Assembly: GCA_012103575.1 (NCBI GenBank)
Contig: WLWN01000001.1
Coordinates: 1,564,176 to 1,628,175, forward strand
Source of the DNA: Kiritimatiellia bacterium
GTDB taxonomy: Bacteria; Verrucomicrobiota; Kiritimatiellia; WLWN01
DNA length: 64,000 nt
Direction of reading: 5' to 3'
This document shows, piece by piece, positions 8,561 through 20,368 of this stretch (positions are counted from its first letter, which is position 1; each line of letters starts with the position of its first letter). Below the pieces are notes generated by a model. The model was given only the letters and a program-made list of their open reading frames with translations. It was not told the origin of the DNA and ran no database searches. The position numbers were made by a program, and so were the translations under genes.

Positions 8561-10098
8561 AAACAAGTAAACACATCATTTTTTTCTTTATCGTGGGGAT
8601 CATAATAGGACAGGGAGATCTCTGGGCTGCACAGGAAAAGAAAGAAGAAATACGGATCCCCCCGGTTGAGTTACGCTTAGATTGTGAAGAAAAAACGAAG
8701 GATGGGTCTCCGCTTGTCCCCAGGACTCAATCTCTCAATAGGTATTTCTCCGTCTTACGTGAATACCAAGCTATCGAGGGCCGCTATGCGAGTCAAGAGG
8801 GTGACCTGCTATTAAACCTTTCGAGCACAAGTCGAGCAGATCGAATCGATTTTAAAAATATCGATGCTCGGTTTCTCGTTCCTTTACTCCCTTATCCTCA
8901 TAAAAAAATACTCGATGCGTTTGACAAGGCGATGATCATGCTTGCGGAGTATTCACGCAACGGCATTAGCATGAGCTATCATGAAGATAATGATCAAGTA
9001 GGTTTTTTCTCCGCGCCCGAAACTCTCCTTAAAAATGATGCGGAATACTTTTTTAAAGAAGGTCAGTTAGCGCCTAATCCAAACATCCGACCGACACGAA
9101 TGCAACTGATCAACAACTGTCTTGCTCCAGGTTTATGGGAACTCAGCGCCACCGATTCAGTCGGAGAAATGTATCATGCCTGGTTTAAAATGCCTGTGGC
9201 CGCCTACTTTGCTCTCCTTCGATCCGTAAACGATTTTGAGATGTCTGACCAGGCTTTAGAAAAAGCGTTGGCTTACCAAAAAGTGTATCCTTCCATAGCA
9301 CTCGACCTAGACCGATTACGGAAGAAGGGACGTACGCTTCATACGACAAAAGCCCAACTCGCTGGAAATAAAACGATCGGAGGGTATTCCAACCAAGATT
9401 CCAGACGTAAAGTGCAGCGCGGTTTCTTTTGGCTTGAACGAAAAGAGGCTCCTTTGCAGGTTGAAACGTTTGCTTCACTGATGCCCGGCGATCTATTCAA
9501 ACTACTCTCCTTTGTTCCTCCAGGGATCTATACCAAAAAAGAAGCGCGGGTCATTCCTTTTGAACCCGATTGGACCGGTGTTAAAATTTTTGAAGTCGAA
9601 CCGTTAACCGCTTATCCGGGCGCCCAACATCCTGAAGCGGCCTTTGGCAGCATTGAGATTATCATTCAATCATCGGATAAGCGACAGGCATTTGTCATTG
9701 GAAACATTCCAATCGACTTGCTGGTCTTTCAGGACGATTATCGCATACCTGGATTTGGCGTCGGTGTCCTTTCAACCTCTGAGCTAGTAGAACGGCGTTA
9801 TTTCCGGTTCAAAGAAGGCCCGAAACCGCACTATGCTTTTTTAGCCCACTGTGAAGGCAACGACTATCGGTTCATTAATAATCATGAAACAGGGTATGAA
9901 CAAGTCTATCTACGACCCTTTATCAACGAAAAAGATGAAATATTTCTTCGAATTACCATCAACTCATATGAACGTATTGTTGACTTATTAGAAGTTGAAG
10001 TGCCTATTCAGGGAAATTTGGCGGATCGTATACGTGCAGCTTCTGCACAGTATAAGCCCCCTTTGTTTAAAGTGTATTCGGACTCAAATATTCTGTAA
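8557..10098 (+). CDS. hypothetical secreted protein (513 aa)
   Basis: Long ORF with a signal-like N-terminus (HIIFFFIVGIIIGQGDLWAAQ). Its start overlaps the upstream stop (ATGA). No recognisable domain. Confidence 0.7.
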   Translation: MKTSKHIIFFFIVGIIIGQGDLWAAQEKKEEIRIPPVELRLDCEEKTKDGSPLVPRTQSLNRYFSVLREYQAIEGRYASQEGDLLLNLSSTSRADRIDFKNIDARFLVPLLPYPHKKILDAFDKAMIMLAEYSRNGISMSYHEDNDQVGFFSAPETLLKNDAEYFFKEGQLAPNPNIRPTRMQLINNCLAPGLWELSATDSVGEMYHAWFKMPVAAYFALLRSVNDFEMSDQALEKALAYQKVYPSIALDLDRLRKKGRTLHTTKAQLAGNKTIGGYSNQDSRRKVQRGFFWLERKEAPLQVETFASLMPGDLFKLLSFVPPGIYTKKEARVIPFEPDWTGVKIFEVEPLTAYPGAQHPEAAFGSIEIIIQSSDKRQAFVIGNIPIDLLVFQDDYRIPGFGVGVLSTSELVERRYFRFKEGPKPHYAFLAHCEGNDYRFINNHETGYEQVYLRPFINEKDEIFLRITINSYERIVDLLEVEVPIQGNLADRIRAASAQYKPPLFKVYSDSNIL

Positions 10099-10101
10099 AG
10101 C

Positions 10102-12774
10102 GTGGATAATAAAATGAAAAAGAAAAGACTCTATCGTTGGCTCATCGTGTCTGTGGTTATAGCGATCCTTGGCACATTAAGTTATGTGTCTATAAAGAAA
10201 TGGGCACTTCGGAAGTTTGGCGTGTCCGAATTAACCATCGCTTATGAATTACTCAAACAAGGGTTCTCTTTAAGATCCTCTGAAGAGACCCTCTCCCCTC
10301 CGCGTGCTAAAGAAACAGCGGTTCAACAACCCCCCTTGCTCAAGAACTCAACCATTAAACCTTTTCATGAAATCGGAACCCATTTGGGGCGCAGAGCCAA
10401 AGGAAATAATATGTTCCAATCCAGAGGTGTGGTTATCTTCGATGCGAATGAGGACAATCGGTTAGATCTTTTTTTTGTTCATAGCGGTCGTCCCCGGGCG
10501 AGGGCCACCGATGAAAACAGTATTATGCAGGAGGAAAAAGTTCCGGCCAAACCCTGTGTCCTCTACCTCAATCAAGGAAATGCCCCTAACGGAGATCCGG
10601 TATATGCTAGCGTGGAAGATTTGCAAGAAAAAGGGAACATGCTCTATGTCCGAGATGAATTGCTTGCTGAAAACAAATATATCCCGCGTACGAGTATACA
10701 AGAAGACGAATTTGGTCCTGGCCGAATTGCCACGTCGGCAATGGCCGCTGATCTCAATGGAGATGGATTACAAGATCTGCTGATTGGGAATAGTCATGAT
10801 GGCATCCCTTTTCAAACGCATGACTTAGGCCTGCGTGTTTATCCGTCAAAGGATAATGTAGGACACCATGAAAGACGGGAAATTTTGGTGAACAGAACCC
10901 CTTCTTTTCTCTGGGGCGACATGGTCGACGGGAAAGATGTCTTGGTTCATTTTGGAGATCAACCCGAGCCCGAAGGGAGAAACACTCCCTTGATCAACAA
11001 AGGTGACCAAGACCAGGATGGTATTCCAGAGTGGGAAGATGTAACCCAAGAAGTGGGCTTTGGTGGAAAGTGGGCCACCATAGGATTTACGATTGCAGAT
11101 ATCGATCGTGATGGCGATCTCGATGTTTATGTTTCTAATTTTGTTGACCTCGATTTTTGGGGATTTGGGGCGAAAAAGTTTGCTGGGAATCAAAACGAGC
11201 TTTATATCAATCAGTTAGCCGAAACCGGTAAGTTTTACTTTGAAGAACGCGCTTTAGCCTATGGTGTAGCCGGACTGCACCAGGAGGGACAGCACCCTTC
11301 CGATGTCTGGTTTCCAGCCGAACAAAGGTTTAAACCGATTTCAGTTCATAGGCGAGAAGGAACCGTTGTAGGGGAAGCCGCAGATCATTCATGGGCCGCT
11401 CAATTTTTGGATTGGAATGATGATGGATGGCTTGATTTAATCGTTGCTAATGATGGAGGAAATAGACTCCGAGTCTATGAAAACCAGTACGGCAAACGCT
11501 TTGACCGGGTGAAGAAATTTGACGATCCATCCTGGGATGGGCGTTGGAAGTGGCGATTTGGATGGCGATCTGTCCGACGAAATCATTATAAGCGGTTGTG
11601 GAAGTCAAGTGTTTGCGGCTAGAAACAACGCTATTTTTATTGGAGAAGACCAGGTGGAGAGCCTGGGAGCAATTGCTGTATTCAATGCACTCAATGGCAC
11701 TAGTCATCCACTCACGCATGGTCTATTATCCTATACACAGACAGGGCTTGTTTCCGTTGTAAAGGCTTGTAACGTGATCCACTCTAAGGAAGTTCCGCCC
11801 GATGCTGCGCGCGCACAAAATATAGGAAAAACAGCCCACCAACTCTTTAAAAAATATAATTTTAGCGGGACGATTAGCGGACTGGAATTTTGTTAGGGTC
11901 CCCTTATTTTCGATGCGGATAATGATACCGATTTAGATGTCTATATAGCGGGTGCGCTCGCGCGAGGAAACGACGGGTTTATCGGTGATTGGTCAGCCAG
12001 TCCTGGACGCTTTTTAGTCAATGAAAGCAGCGTAGGGAATCTCCAGTTTAGAGACCTTACCTTAGCCTACCGACTCTTCGATATTAGCGAGGTAGATTAC
12101 GAGGCCAACCCGCCCAAAAGAAAAGCCCCTGGAACCAACTGGCACAAAAGAGATAGGATCTATGTCACCGACACCGATTCCTATTCGGAAACCGGTTTAG
12201 CCGCTTCCCAAAAAAGTAAAGTCTCCGATATATTGCGTGTACATGAAGCTGCTCAGGGCATGGCGGCGGGTGATTTGAATAATGATGGTTTCCAGGATCT
12301 TGTCGTTACCCATGCGGGGGGGGGTACAATTCCAACCTGTCTTCCGTGCGTAATCTCAAAGTTAAATTTATGGGCAAAGTCTTAGCCGTCCCAGCCCCGA
12401 ACAAACTGAATAAGCCCCCCACCAATTTTGAAGAAGGTCCTACCTTTGTCCATATAAATGGAGGACATCTTGATGAGAAGCGTTCCCGCTGGATCAAGAT
12501 ACGTTTGTTCGATGAAAAAAGTTTTAACCGGTATGGGGTCGGAGCCAAAATTATCGTAAATGGCAACATTATGAGAAGACATACCGTGGGAGGGGAGTCG
12601 TTTAGTGGGGTCATGGCGGATATCCATGTTGGTTTGGGACAAGAAAAACTAAAAAAAATAGAAATTATTTGGCCCTCTGGAGAACAGCGTGCCCATGTTA
12701 TCACCTTTGAACCGCCTATCTATAACCAACGTGTCTGCATTAACAAAACGAAGAACCAAGAGGGTTGCCCATAA
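10102..12774 (+). pseudogene. CRTAC1-like FG-GAP/ASPIC protein, subtype-1 paralog #1 (three lesions)
   Basis: Colinear with the intact paralog 59034..61703. Lesions: a ~11-nt deletion near 11540 (WDGRW|SGDLDGD), TGG->TAG at 11894..11896, and an out-of-frame G9 run at 12316..12324. Confidence 0.85.
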
Positions 12775-12821
12775 ACTTGAAAAACATCTAAAAAAACAAA
12801 ACATCTTCGTTTGTTTTTAGG

Positions 12822-13092
12822 ATGTATATTCGTCATTCTTGTGACCGGGGGCAGCTATGTACCGATCAAGAACTGGCTCATCAAAAAATATGGCGAATCC
12901 GAACTGAAGATCGGCTTTTATCTGCTCAAACAGCGTTTTCTTCGTTCATCACCCGAACAACAAAAAGCGCCTGTTTTTTGTTCATAGTGGTCGCCCCCGA
13001 GCTAAAGCAACCAGCAAAGAGGGTCTTTTGCTCGATGAAAAAGTGCCTGCCAAACCTTGTGCATTGTATTTAAACAGGGGCAATACACCCGG
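12822..13092 (+). pseudogene. 5' fragment of a further subtype-1 CRTAC1-like paralog
   Basis: Encodes ..PIKNWLIKKYGESELKIGFYLLKQR.. and ..FFVHSGRPRAKATSKEGLLLDEKVPAKPCALYLNRGNTP.. with an internal deletion. Cut by IS30-A copy 2 at 13093. Confidence 0.65.
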
Positions 13093-14151
13093 GTAGAGTA
13101 ACAATACAAGTGCAAAGGTCCGCAGCATAGTTCATTCTTTGGGTATCTGACCCCCCCAAAGGAGAACATAGAATGCCACGAACCTGCGAACATTTAAACC
13201 GTTATGAACGAGAAGTGATAGCCCAGATGCTAAAAGAAAAATATAGCTTATCTCAAATTGGCCGTCACCTGGGCCGATCCCCCTCGACTATTTAGCGCGA
13301 ATTTTGCCGTAATCGAGTCCGTGGCCGCTATTACCCAAGACACGCAAATGGCCTGGCTCAAGGCCGATTACAGCTAGCTCGAAAGCCTCAAAAAGTGATG
13401 GGAGCTAGCAAAGAACAAGTGGAGACTCTCCTGGCGAAGTATTGGTCTCCAGAACAGATTGAAGGTCGAAGAAAGCTAGAAGGTGACCCTCCCATCAGTC
13501 GAATGACGATCTACCGCTACTTGTACAGTCCAAGAGGGGCTGGCTACCGAAAATACCTGCGTGGCCCCGGAAAGAAAAAACGAGCGACTCGGAAAAGCCA
13601 TTCACGTATACACAACCAAACGATGATTGACCAACGCCCCGAAGAGGGTGAAAGTCGCAAGGTGGCAGGCCATTGGGAAGGTGACACTATTCAGGGCCAA
13701 ACGAGAAAAGAGGCCTGTGTAGTCACTCTAGTAGATCGAGCGACTCGATATCTCATCGCCGATCTTTTACCTTGATGCAATGCCGAATCGGTCAACCGTT
13801 CCGTACCTCAGTTCGCTGATTCAGGGCTCCCCTGTAAAACGGTGACTGTAGATAATGGCATGGAGTTTGCCAGCCATGCTAAACTACAGAAAAAAATAGC
13901 AACCCCCATTTTCTTTGCTGAAGGGAGAAACCCTTGGCAAAGAGGGAGCAGCGAAAATACGAACGGTTTGCTTCGCCAGTTTTTCCCGAAGAAAACCGAC
14001 TTTGCTGCCCACAGCTTCGCTCAGTTGAGATGGGCTGTGGAGTTACTGAATAATAGACCGAGAAAATGCTTAGAATATAGAACGCCCAAAGAAATGATGG
14101 ACAGCTTCGGTTTTGCACTTGTAAGTTGAGTCTGCAGCCATGGAAGGGGTT
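13093..14151 (+). mobile_element. IS30-A copy 2 (transposase inactivated by two nonsense codons)
   Basis: The transposase frame 13173..14129 is colinear with the intact copy. Stops are TGG->TAG at 13293..13295 and CGA->TGA at 13773..13775. Confidence 0.85.
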
Positions 14152-14188
14152 TTAAAACGGCTTTCCTAAGAATGGAACTTTAAAATTC

Positions 14189-14747
14189 ATGATACTTGTA
14201 AAACAAACCGTTATTCACTACATTGAGTTTATGCAAAACATAAACACCTTATATCGAGCGGCCCTTAATCAAATGGATAGTAAGACCCGTTTACAGCGAT
14301 CTTTTGCTCTCTTCGACGAATTATATGAAATGCTTTTATATAAACACAAAAAATTGTCTCCACCCTTAACGAATGAAGACCTCAGGCGTCGAGTAGCGGC
14401 TAAAAGGAAGCCATTCATCAAAACAGTTTTTTTCAGTTTCTTGATAAAGAAACATTTATAAAAATCGATTTTTATGTTGGCGAAGATATTCCCGGCGAGT
14501 TGAAGAGAAGTATTATGGTAGAGCTTTTGAACATCTCCTTATTCCTATTGCTTCGAAAGAAGATGCTATACTTTCTAAGCTGCTATGGGCAAAGTCAGGA
14601 AGTCACAAGAGTCGAACGGATATCATCGGTATGTTATTGGAGTCAACACCCATCGACGAAAAATACCTCATTGAACAGGCAAAGGAACTAGGGGTTTTTA
14701 CTCTATTACAAACGCTACACGCAGAAGTTGATAGCGAGAGCAAATAA
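14189..14747 (+). pseudogene. degenerate two-gene remnant: small helical protein plus C-terminal half of a nucleotidyltransferase-like protein
   Basis: ..ALFDELYEMLLYKHKKLSPPLTNEDLRRRVAAK.. is followed, in shifted frames, by ..AFEHLLIPIASKEDAILSKLLWAKSGSHKSRTDIIGMLLESTPIDEKYLIEQAKELGV... This pattern is typical of small NTase modules. The N-terminal NTase half is missing. Confidence 0.3.
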
Positions 14748-14895
14748 CTCTTTTCGTAATTTTTGTGTCTTAAGTGACGATAAAAAATCTATGGGCTTCG
14801 CATAAGGCCTGTCCTGGTATGTAAAATAAAGGTGGAACACGAGAAGTCCTACGGGAAAGGAAATTTAACAAAATATATTCATGGGGGGATAAAAA

Positions 14896-17498
14896 ATGAG
14901 ATTGAAGTATTCTGATCACCAGCAAAAAAATAAAAGCCTTCGAAAAAAATATCATTTCTTTGAAATACTACGCACTTTTCTACTCTTATGTATCGGGATG
15001 GCCGTGGTCTCTTGTCATGTTTTTCAGGGCGATCCGTCATCTGGCGACTCATCCATTCAACCCTTTGAAGAAATAGGGGCTTCCCTTGGTTTTCGAGGAG
15101 AAAATCACAGCGTTATGCACCTCATGGGTCCTACTCTCTTTGATGCAAATGGAGATGGACGGCTTGATCTGTATATCCCTCATAGTGGTCGACCTAGACC
15201 TAAGACCACACCGAATGGGGTTCTCAGTCGTCAAACCGTTCCACCCATTCCTTGTGCATTATTTTTAAATAGAGGAAACGATGCGAAAGGAAACCCGATT
15301 TTTAAAAGTGTGGAAGAACTCATGGCCGATGGAAATCGCGAGCATGTAAAGGAAGAATTACTCATTGAGAACAAGTATCGTCCAAGAACGCGTATTGACG
15401 AGGATGAATTTTTGCCGGGCCGCATTGGGAGTGCCGCTGCCCCGGCTGACTTTAATGGAGACGGGAAGATCGATCTTTATGTCTGCAATTCCCATTATGG
15501 ACTTCTTCACAGCAATGAAAAATTGGGTGTCCCCGTTTATCCCGCACAGGAAAATATTGGTAGGGCCACCCGATCCTCTAATGATGTTCTCATTGCCACC
15601 ATGCCTCCTTTTCTACAGGAGAAACTTGAAGACGGCTTGAACATAACCGTTGACTTTGGAGAGAAGCCCGAGCCCGAAGGCCGTAATTCGCTTTATCTCA
15701 ACTTAGGCGATCGCGATGGAGATGGTATCCCTGAGTGGAAAGACATCACCGAACAAGCGGGTGTGGGAGGTAAGTGGGCCTCCGTAGGGGCTACGGTGGC
15801 CGATATCGATCGCGATGGGGATCTTGATCTCTATGTGTGCAATTTTATCGATCCAGACTTTTACGGTTTTGGCATTAGCCGATTTGCGGGTAATCGTAAT
15901 CAACTTTATGTGAATCAACTTGTAGAAACCGGAACGCTCACCTTTAAAGAAATGGCATTGGAAAAAAAAGTGGCAGGATTACACGATGAAGAACAGTTGC
16001 CCCATACAAGCTACTTCCCGCCCGGCCTTAGGTCGGGCGCTACCTGTCTCAGAACATATACATGAGGGAAAACAAGTCGGTGAAAAAGCGGATCACAGTT
16101 GGGCCAGCCAGTTCTTGGATTGGAACGACGATGGGTGGCCGGATCTGATTGTCGCAAATGATATTGGAGGGGGACGCTTACGTGTTTATGAGAATATGGA
16201 AGGGCGCTCCTTTAAACGAGTTACAACCTATGATGAGCACCTCTGGGAAGGAGGCTGGATGGGTATTCAATCAGGAGATCTAGATGGCGACAGATATGAT
16301 GAAGTGCTCGTTGCTAATTTAGGAAGCCAGGTCATGTCCATTCGAAATACAGCTCTTTTGGTTGATAACGGAAAAGAAAACCATGTTCAAGCACTCGTGG
16401 TTATTAATTATCCACTGGAAAAAAGCAACATTCACCACGCACTATTGAGTTTTAAACCGGGTCGCGGGTTAGAAAACGTGACTTCACAAACAACAATACA
16501 CCATTCCTCTATCATTCCTCCGGACATGGTCTATGAGAAAAACTTTTCACCCCATTATAAGGAATTGCATAAAAAGTCGAACTTCAAAAACAGTTTGAAC
16601 GGTCTTGAGTTTTCTTGGGGGCCCGCGGTATTTGACGTAGAGAATGATGGAGATCTCGACATCTATTTGGCAGGCTCCATCTCTCGAGGCAACGACAATT
16701 TTCTAGGCGATTGGAGTGGAAGTCCAGGGCGTATGCTTATCAATGAAAGTCAACCTGGATCTTTTCTATTTGCTGACAAAACGCTTGAATATCGCTTATT
16801 GGATGTCACCGATATGGAATATACAACGCACCCCCCAACGACGTGCTCCAGGCACGGGTTGGCATAAACGCGATTATATTTATTTGAATGATACCGATTC
16901 TTATTCGGAGATGGGGTTGGCAGCATCTCAGGAAAGTTCGATTCATGATATCTTCCGTATGCACGAAGCAGCGGTTGGAATGATCTCAGGTGATTTGAAT
17001 AATGACGGGTTCCCCGATCTGGTCGTCACCCATGCGGGAGGCTACAACTCGGTTTCACCGAATGCTGAAAATCTGAAGGTACAGATACAAAATAAGGTGC
17101 AAGCGGTTCCTGCTCCCAACAAGTTGATCAAAGCGCCCACGAACTTTGAGCCCGGAAAAACGTTTGTTTATATCAATGGGGGGGCCCAAGAAGATCAATC
17201 CAACTGGATTCGTTTAAGACTACTCGATCCTCAATCAAAAAATCGATATGCGGTGGGGGCCAAGATTATACTCAACGATAGGATCATGCGTCGTATGATT
17301 ATTGGTGGAGCGGCTTTTAGCATGCATACCGGCGATTTACTCGTGGGGCTAGGAAAAGAGAAGCTGCGCTCCTTAGAGATCTTTTGGCCCGCGGGAACCC
17401 ATAAAGATTCAGAGCAGATTGAATTCGATCCGCCTATTAGGAATCAACGGGTTTTTATACAACAAGGCATAGGCATGGTGAAAACTAATATCTACTAA
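14896..17498 (+). pseudogene. CRTAC1-like FG-GAP/ASPIC protein, subtype-1 paralog #2 (two frameshifts)
   Basis: Three overlapping ORFs (14896..16065, 15986..16867, 16716..17498) are colinear with 59034..61703. Frame changes occur near 16020 (ccgccc) and near 16835 (C-run cacccccca). Confidence 0.85.
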
Positions 17499-17542
17499 TA
17501 TAGGTCAAACTTAGTAGTAAGTGTGGCATAGAGATGATCAGT

Positions 17543-19504
17543 CTATTTCTTATTCTTCCTATGTTCCAAATAGCGACGTATGATCAATTTTTGAGGTTCG
17601 GCGATCATAAAGAAAATAATCCTAAAGTATCTGCTGAATATAGAGAGTTTATTTTCTCTCAATTTGCAGATCTTTTTTATTGGAGATGGTAAGCGCTTTA
17701 GGGTTGCCACGGTTTCGTTCAACGTTTCTTTGAAATCTTCGCTTTCAAGAAGCTTTGACCAGTTAATTTTTTCATCTTTTCTGCGGAAACTCGCGACAGG
17801 ATAAGGCACTCGATATATATTATCGGGGTCGGATCGTAACACAAAGGGACCGGCGGTAAGACTATGCGCTTTTTCCATATCAAATACATCAGCGGCCTGC
17901 TCCGAAGTAAACCGATAGACGATAAAGGGATCTGTACCTATCTTGAGGCGGATGCCGATAATGGCATGTGAGGGAATGGCGTCTCTAGGTAAACATTCCA
18001 CGATTCCTATTGCATATCCTTCCGAGGTTAATGCCCCACATAAGGCCTTTATATTTTCAGCAGGGTACTTGGCAGGTGGCTCGATCTGTTCGGTTGATTT
18101 TTTTAACGATGTTACAAAATGGGCTTCTTCAAGAAGTGTAGACCACTCAATCTTGTTATCCACTAAACGAGATGTATGTAACGCATCTTTATATTGGTTC
18201 GGTGCAGATATCATGACGATGGGGCCTACTTGTACTTCATGGGAACAACACATCGCGTAATCTTCAGCAACGGATTCGTCCTCAAAAAGGATCAGGTCAA
18301 AAGGGTCGTTGTTAACGGTGAGGTGAAAGCCTTTTATAGCTCCATCCGGTAACGCCAAGGTGTAGATCTTTTCTTTTACTTCAACGCGAAAATTTTCGCG
18401 CTGAAGTAAATCGACAATCCCCTTTAGTTCATCTAAGGGAATCGGGCAGGCAACGCCTTCATGTTCTAACACAGGGATGTTGGGTATTAAACCTGGAACA
18501 GAGTGCCATTTGCTTAACGTCGTTGGTAAAGGCGTTAATTGTTTGCCCTGGAAAGGCCCTTCTATGGCCAGACCGTCTACTCGCCAAACAGATTTTGTTT
18601 CCGTATCAACGACATGTGTGCCTTGCCGTTCGAAATGTAACAACCGAGACGGATCATCGGGATGATGACGGTAGAAGGTTCCGACCATGGCGCTACCCAT
18701 TTCTGAACCCAGACTGACCAAGTTTAATGATCCAACGGTTAGTTCAAAGACACCGTTTCCTTTTTCAAGTTCCCGTAGAGGCAAAAGGGCTTGAGCTTCC
18801 CGTGTATTAATAAAAATTCCTATTTCGTGTTCGGGCAACCGATGATCATCATAGGCACAAGGCATAGAAAACGTCATGGATTTTTCAAGACCCGAGCGAG
18901 CAAAGGTATCCCTGGTGCCATGGCCATGGCGTTCGCCAGGATGATGGGCAGGTCTTGTCCACTGCATCACACTTGTTTCAGGATAAAGGGAGACCCATTC
19001 TTCATACGTGGCCTGAAAACTTTCGATGAAGGGTAAAACACAGCCCTTTTTTTTACCGTCAATCGCAACCCCCATAGTGTGAACCCAGCTGCTCGAAGTC
19101 TTGAAATCGTATACACACATAGTGGCGTTATAGAGGGCATCTGAACCAAAAAGGATTCTCTCTTGTTCTGTGTCTCCAGCTATATAGACGGAATTAGTAC
19201 AACAAACCTCACAGTGCATGGGAGCAATATAGGCTTCAGCTAACTTGTCATTTACCACGTGATAGTTATCTAGGATCCAGGCAGGATAACATCGTGTCTG
19301 GTCTCCGATACGCACACCTATGATCCAATCCGACGGTCTCATAAAAAAGGCGTCTTTGGCGGCAATCGAAATGGGATCGACAATAGGAGGATACGTCTTT
19401 TTAGGAAAACGCATGATTTTCCGTTCGTTCATAGCAGACAGGAAATCGGTTGAACGTTCTTCCAGTCGCTGCAATTTAAGTGGTTTCATAAAGATCAACT
19501 CCAT
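17543..19504 (-). CDS. DUF3179-domain protein with a C-terminal tandem duplication
   Basis: Residues ~55-185 match the DUF3179 pattern (IIGVRIGDQTRCYPAWILDNYHVVND..HCEVCCTNSVY..LYNATMCVYDFKTSSSW..). Two ~115-aa repeats lie at 18083..18436 and 17699..18061. Confidence 0.7.
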   Translation of the reverse strand: MELIFMKPLKLQRLEERSTDFLSAMNERKIMRFPKKTYPPIVDPISIAAKDAFFMRPSDWIIGVRIGDQTRCYPAWILDNYHVVNDKLAEAYIAPMHCEVCCTNSVYIAGDTEQERILFGSDALYNATMCVYDFKTSSSWVHTMGVAIDGKKKGCVLPFIESFQATYEEWVSLYPETSVMQWTRPAHHPGERHGHGTRDTFARSGLEKSMTFSMPCAYDDHRLPEHEIGIFINTREAQALLPLRELEKGNGVFELTVGSLNLVSLGSEMGSAMVGTFYRHHPDDPSRLLHFERQGTHVVDTETKSVWRVDGLAIEGPFQGKQLTPLPTTLSKWHSVPGLIPNIPVLEHEGVACPIPLDELKGIVDLLQRENFRVEVKEKIYTLALPDGAIKGFHLTVNNDPFDLILFEDESVAEDYAMCCSHEVQVGPIVMISAPNQYKDALHTSRLVDNKIEWSTLLEEAHFVTSLKKSTEQIEPPAKYPAENIKALCGALTSEGYAIGIVECLPRDAIPSHAIIGIRLKIGTDPFIVYRFTSEQAADVFDMEKAHSLTAGPFVLRSDPDNIYRVPYPVASFRRKDEKINWSKLLESEDFKETLNETVATLKRLPSPIKKICKLRENKLSIFSRYFRIIFFMIAEPQKLIIRRYLEHRKNKK

Positions 19505-19507
19505 CTG

Positions 19508-20368
19508 TTATTTTAACGCTGTGTGTGTTCCATTTTCATCTAGTAGATGTTCAGTGTTTATCTGTGCGGCATAGGTTTGCGTTGTGTTTTGACCTGGCCA
19601 ACGAACGTGAACATGCTCTACCCCCACGGCATCTCCAAGTCCCATATGGGCTAGATAAGGAACGCTTCCAAAAGTGGTTTTGTTATCCCTATGGTAGGTA
19701 TAGGTTTCTGTTTCGCCGTTTGCATCACGGGCCATAACCGTGATCTTTGCGCCAAGACCAAATCGGTTGCTTTGCCTTCCGCCCAGGCGTATACGCATCC
19801 AGTTGTTGGTGATTTTGCTTTCATTGACAAAGAACTGACCGGGCCATGCGTCTCTTGGCCATAGTCCGCCAAGGCTGGAATAGATATCTTGATCGCCATC
19901 CTTATCAAAATCGAAAAACACGATTCCATGGCTTTTCTGTATGCTGCCTACGCTATTGATCATGGCATCTTTTTGTTGGCCATAAAAATAGTCGATGAAG
20001 GGACCCTTAACGAGGTAGCGTTCCAGCACTTCATCTGGGAATGTATTGATGGTCATATGAGAGAAGTTCAGCAGCCACTGATACACGCGATTATGAGGGT
20101 CGTACTCATCGAGTAATTTTTCGAAGGCGCGGGCTGCTTTTTGAGAAAAAATTTTAGACAGGTCCTTAGAGGGAGTGATTTTGAGATCCGCCTGTCTAAA
20201 ATCAAGATGGCCCACTTCATCATTCCAGCGTAGTTGCCGAACATACGTATGCACATAGTAAACCCAACTGGCTACTTGTGTAAGGGCTCGAACAGACTCA
20301 TGCTGTACTACAGCAAAGGGCATGGTGATAAAAAGGGGGAACCCTTTAAAGATCTTTTTTTTATTCAT
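19508..20368 (-). CDS. 'mini' CRTAC1-like protein (subtype 2 lacking the FG-GAP propeller)
   Basis: 286 aa. The N-terminal segment (..FEKLLDEYDPHNRVYQWLLNFSHMTINTFPDEVLERYL..) is joined directly to the ASPIC/UnbV C-terminus (..HGIVFFDFDKDGDQDIYSSLGGLW..NRFGLGAKITV..). The start overlaps the upstream stop (ATGA). Confidence 0.7.
   Translation of the reverse strand: MNKKKIFKGFPLFITMPFAVVQHESVRALTQVASWVYYVHTYVRQLRWNDEVGHLDFRQADLKITPSKDLSKIFSQKAARAFEKLLDEYDPHNRVYQWLLNFSHMTINTFPDEVLERYLVKGPFIDYFYGQQKDAMINSVGSIQKSHGIVFFDFDKDGDQDIYSSLGGLWPRDAWPGQFFVNESKITNNWMRIRLGGRQSNRFGLGAKITVMARDANGETETYTYHRDNKTTFGSVPYLAHMGLGDAVGVEHVHVRWPGQNTTQTYAAQINTEHLLDENGTHTALK

Noticed and set aside
4192-14151. Inverted IS30-A copies 1 and 2 bracketing 5245..13092 as an active composite transposon
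   Set aside because: Both transposases are nonsense-inactivated. The inner flanks are unrelated truncated sequences (an IS630 fragment and a CRTAC1-like fragment), and no common target duplication is visible. The pair remains a possible inversion substrate, but there is no evidence for composite transposition.
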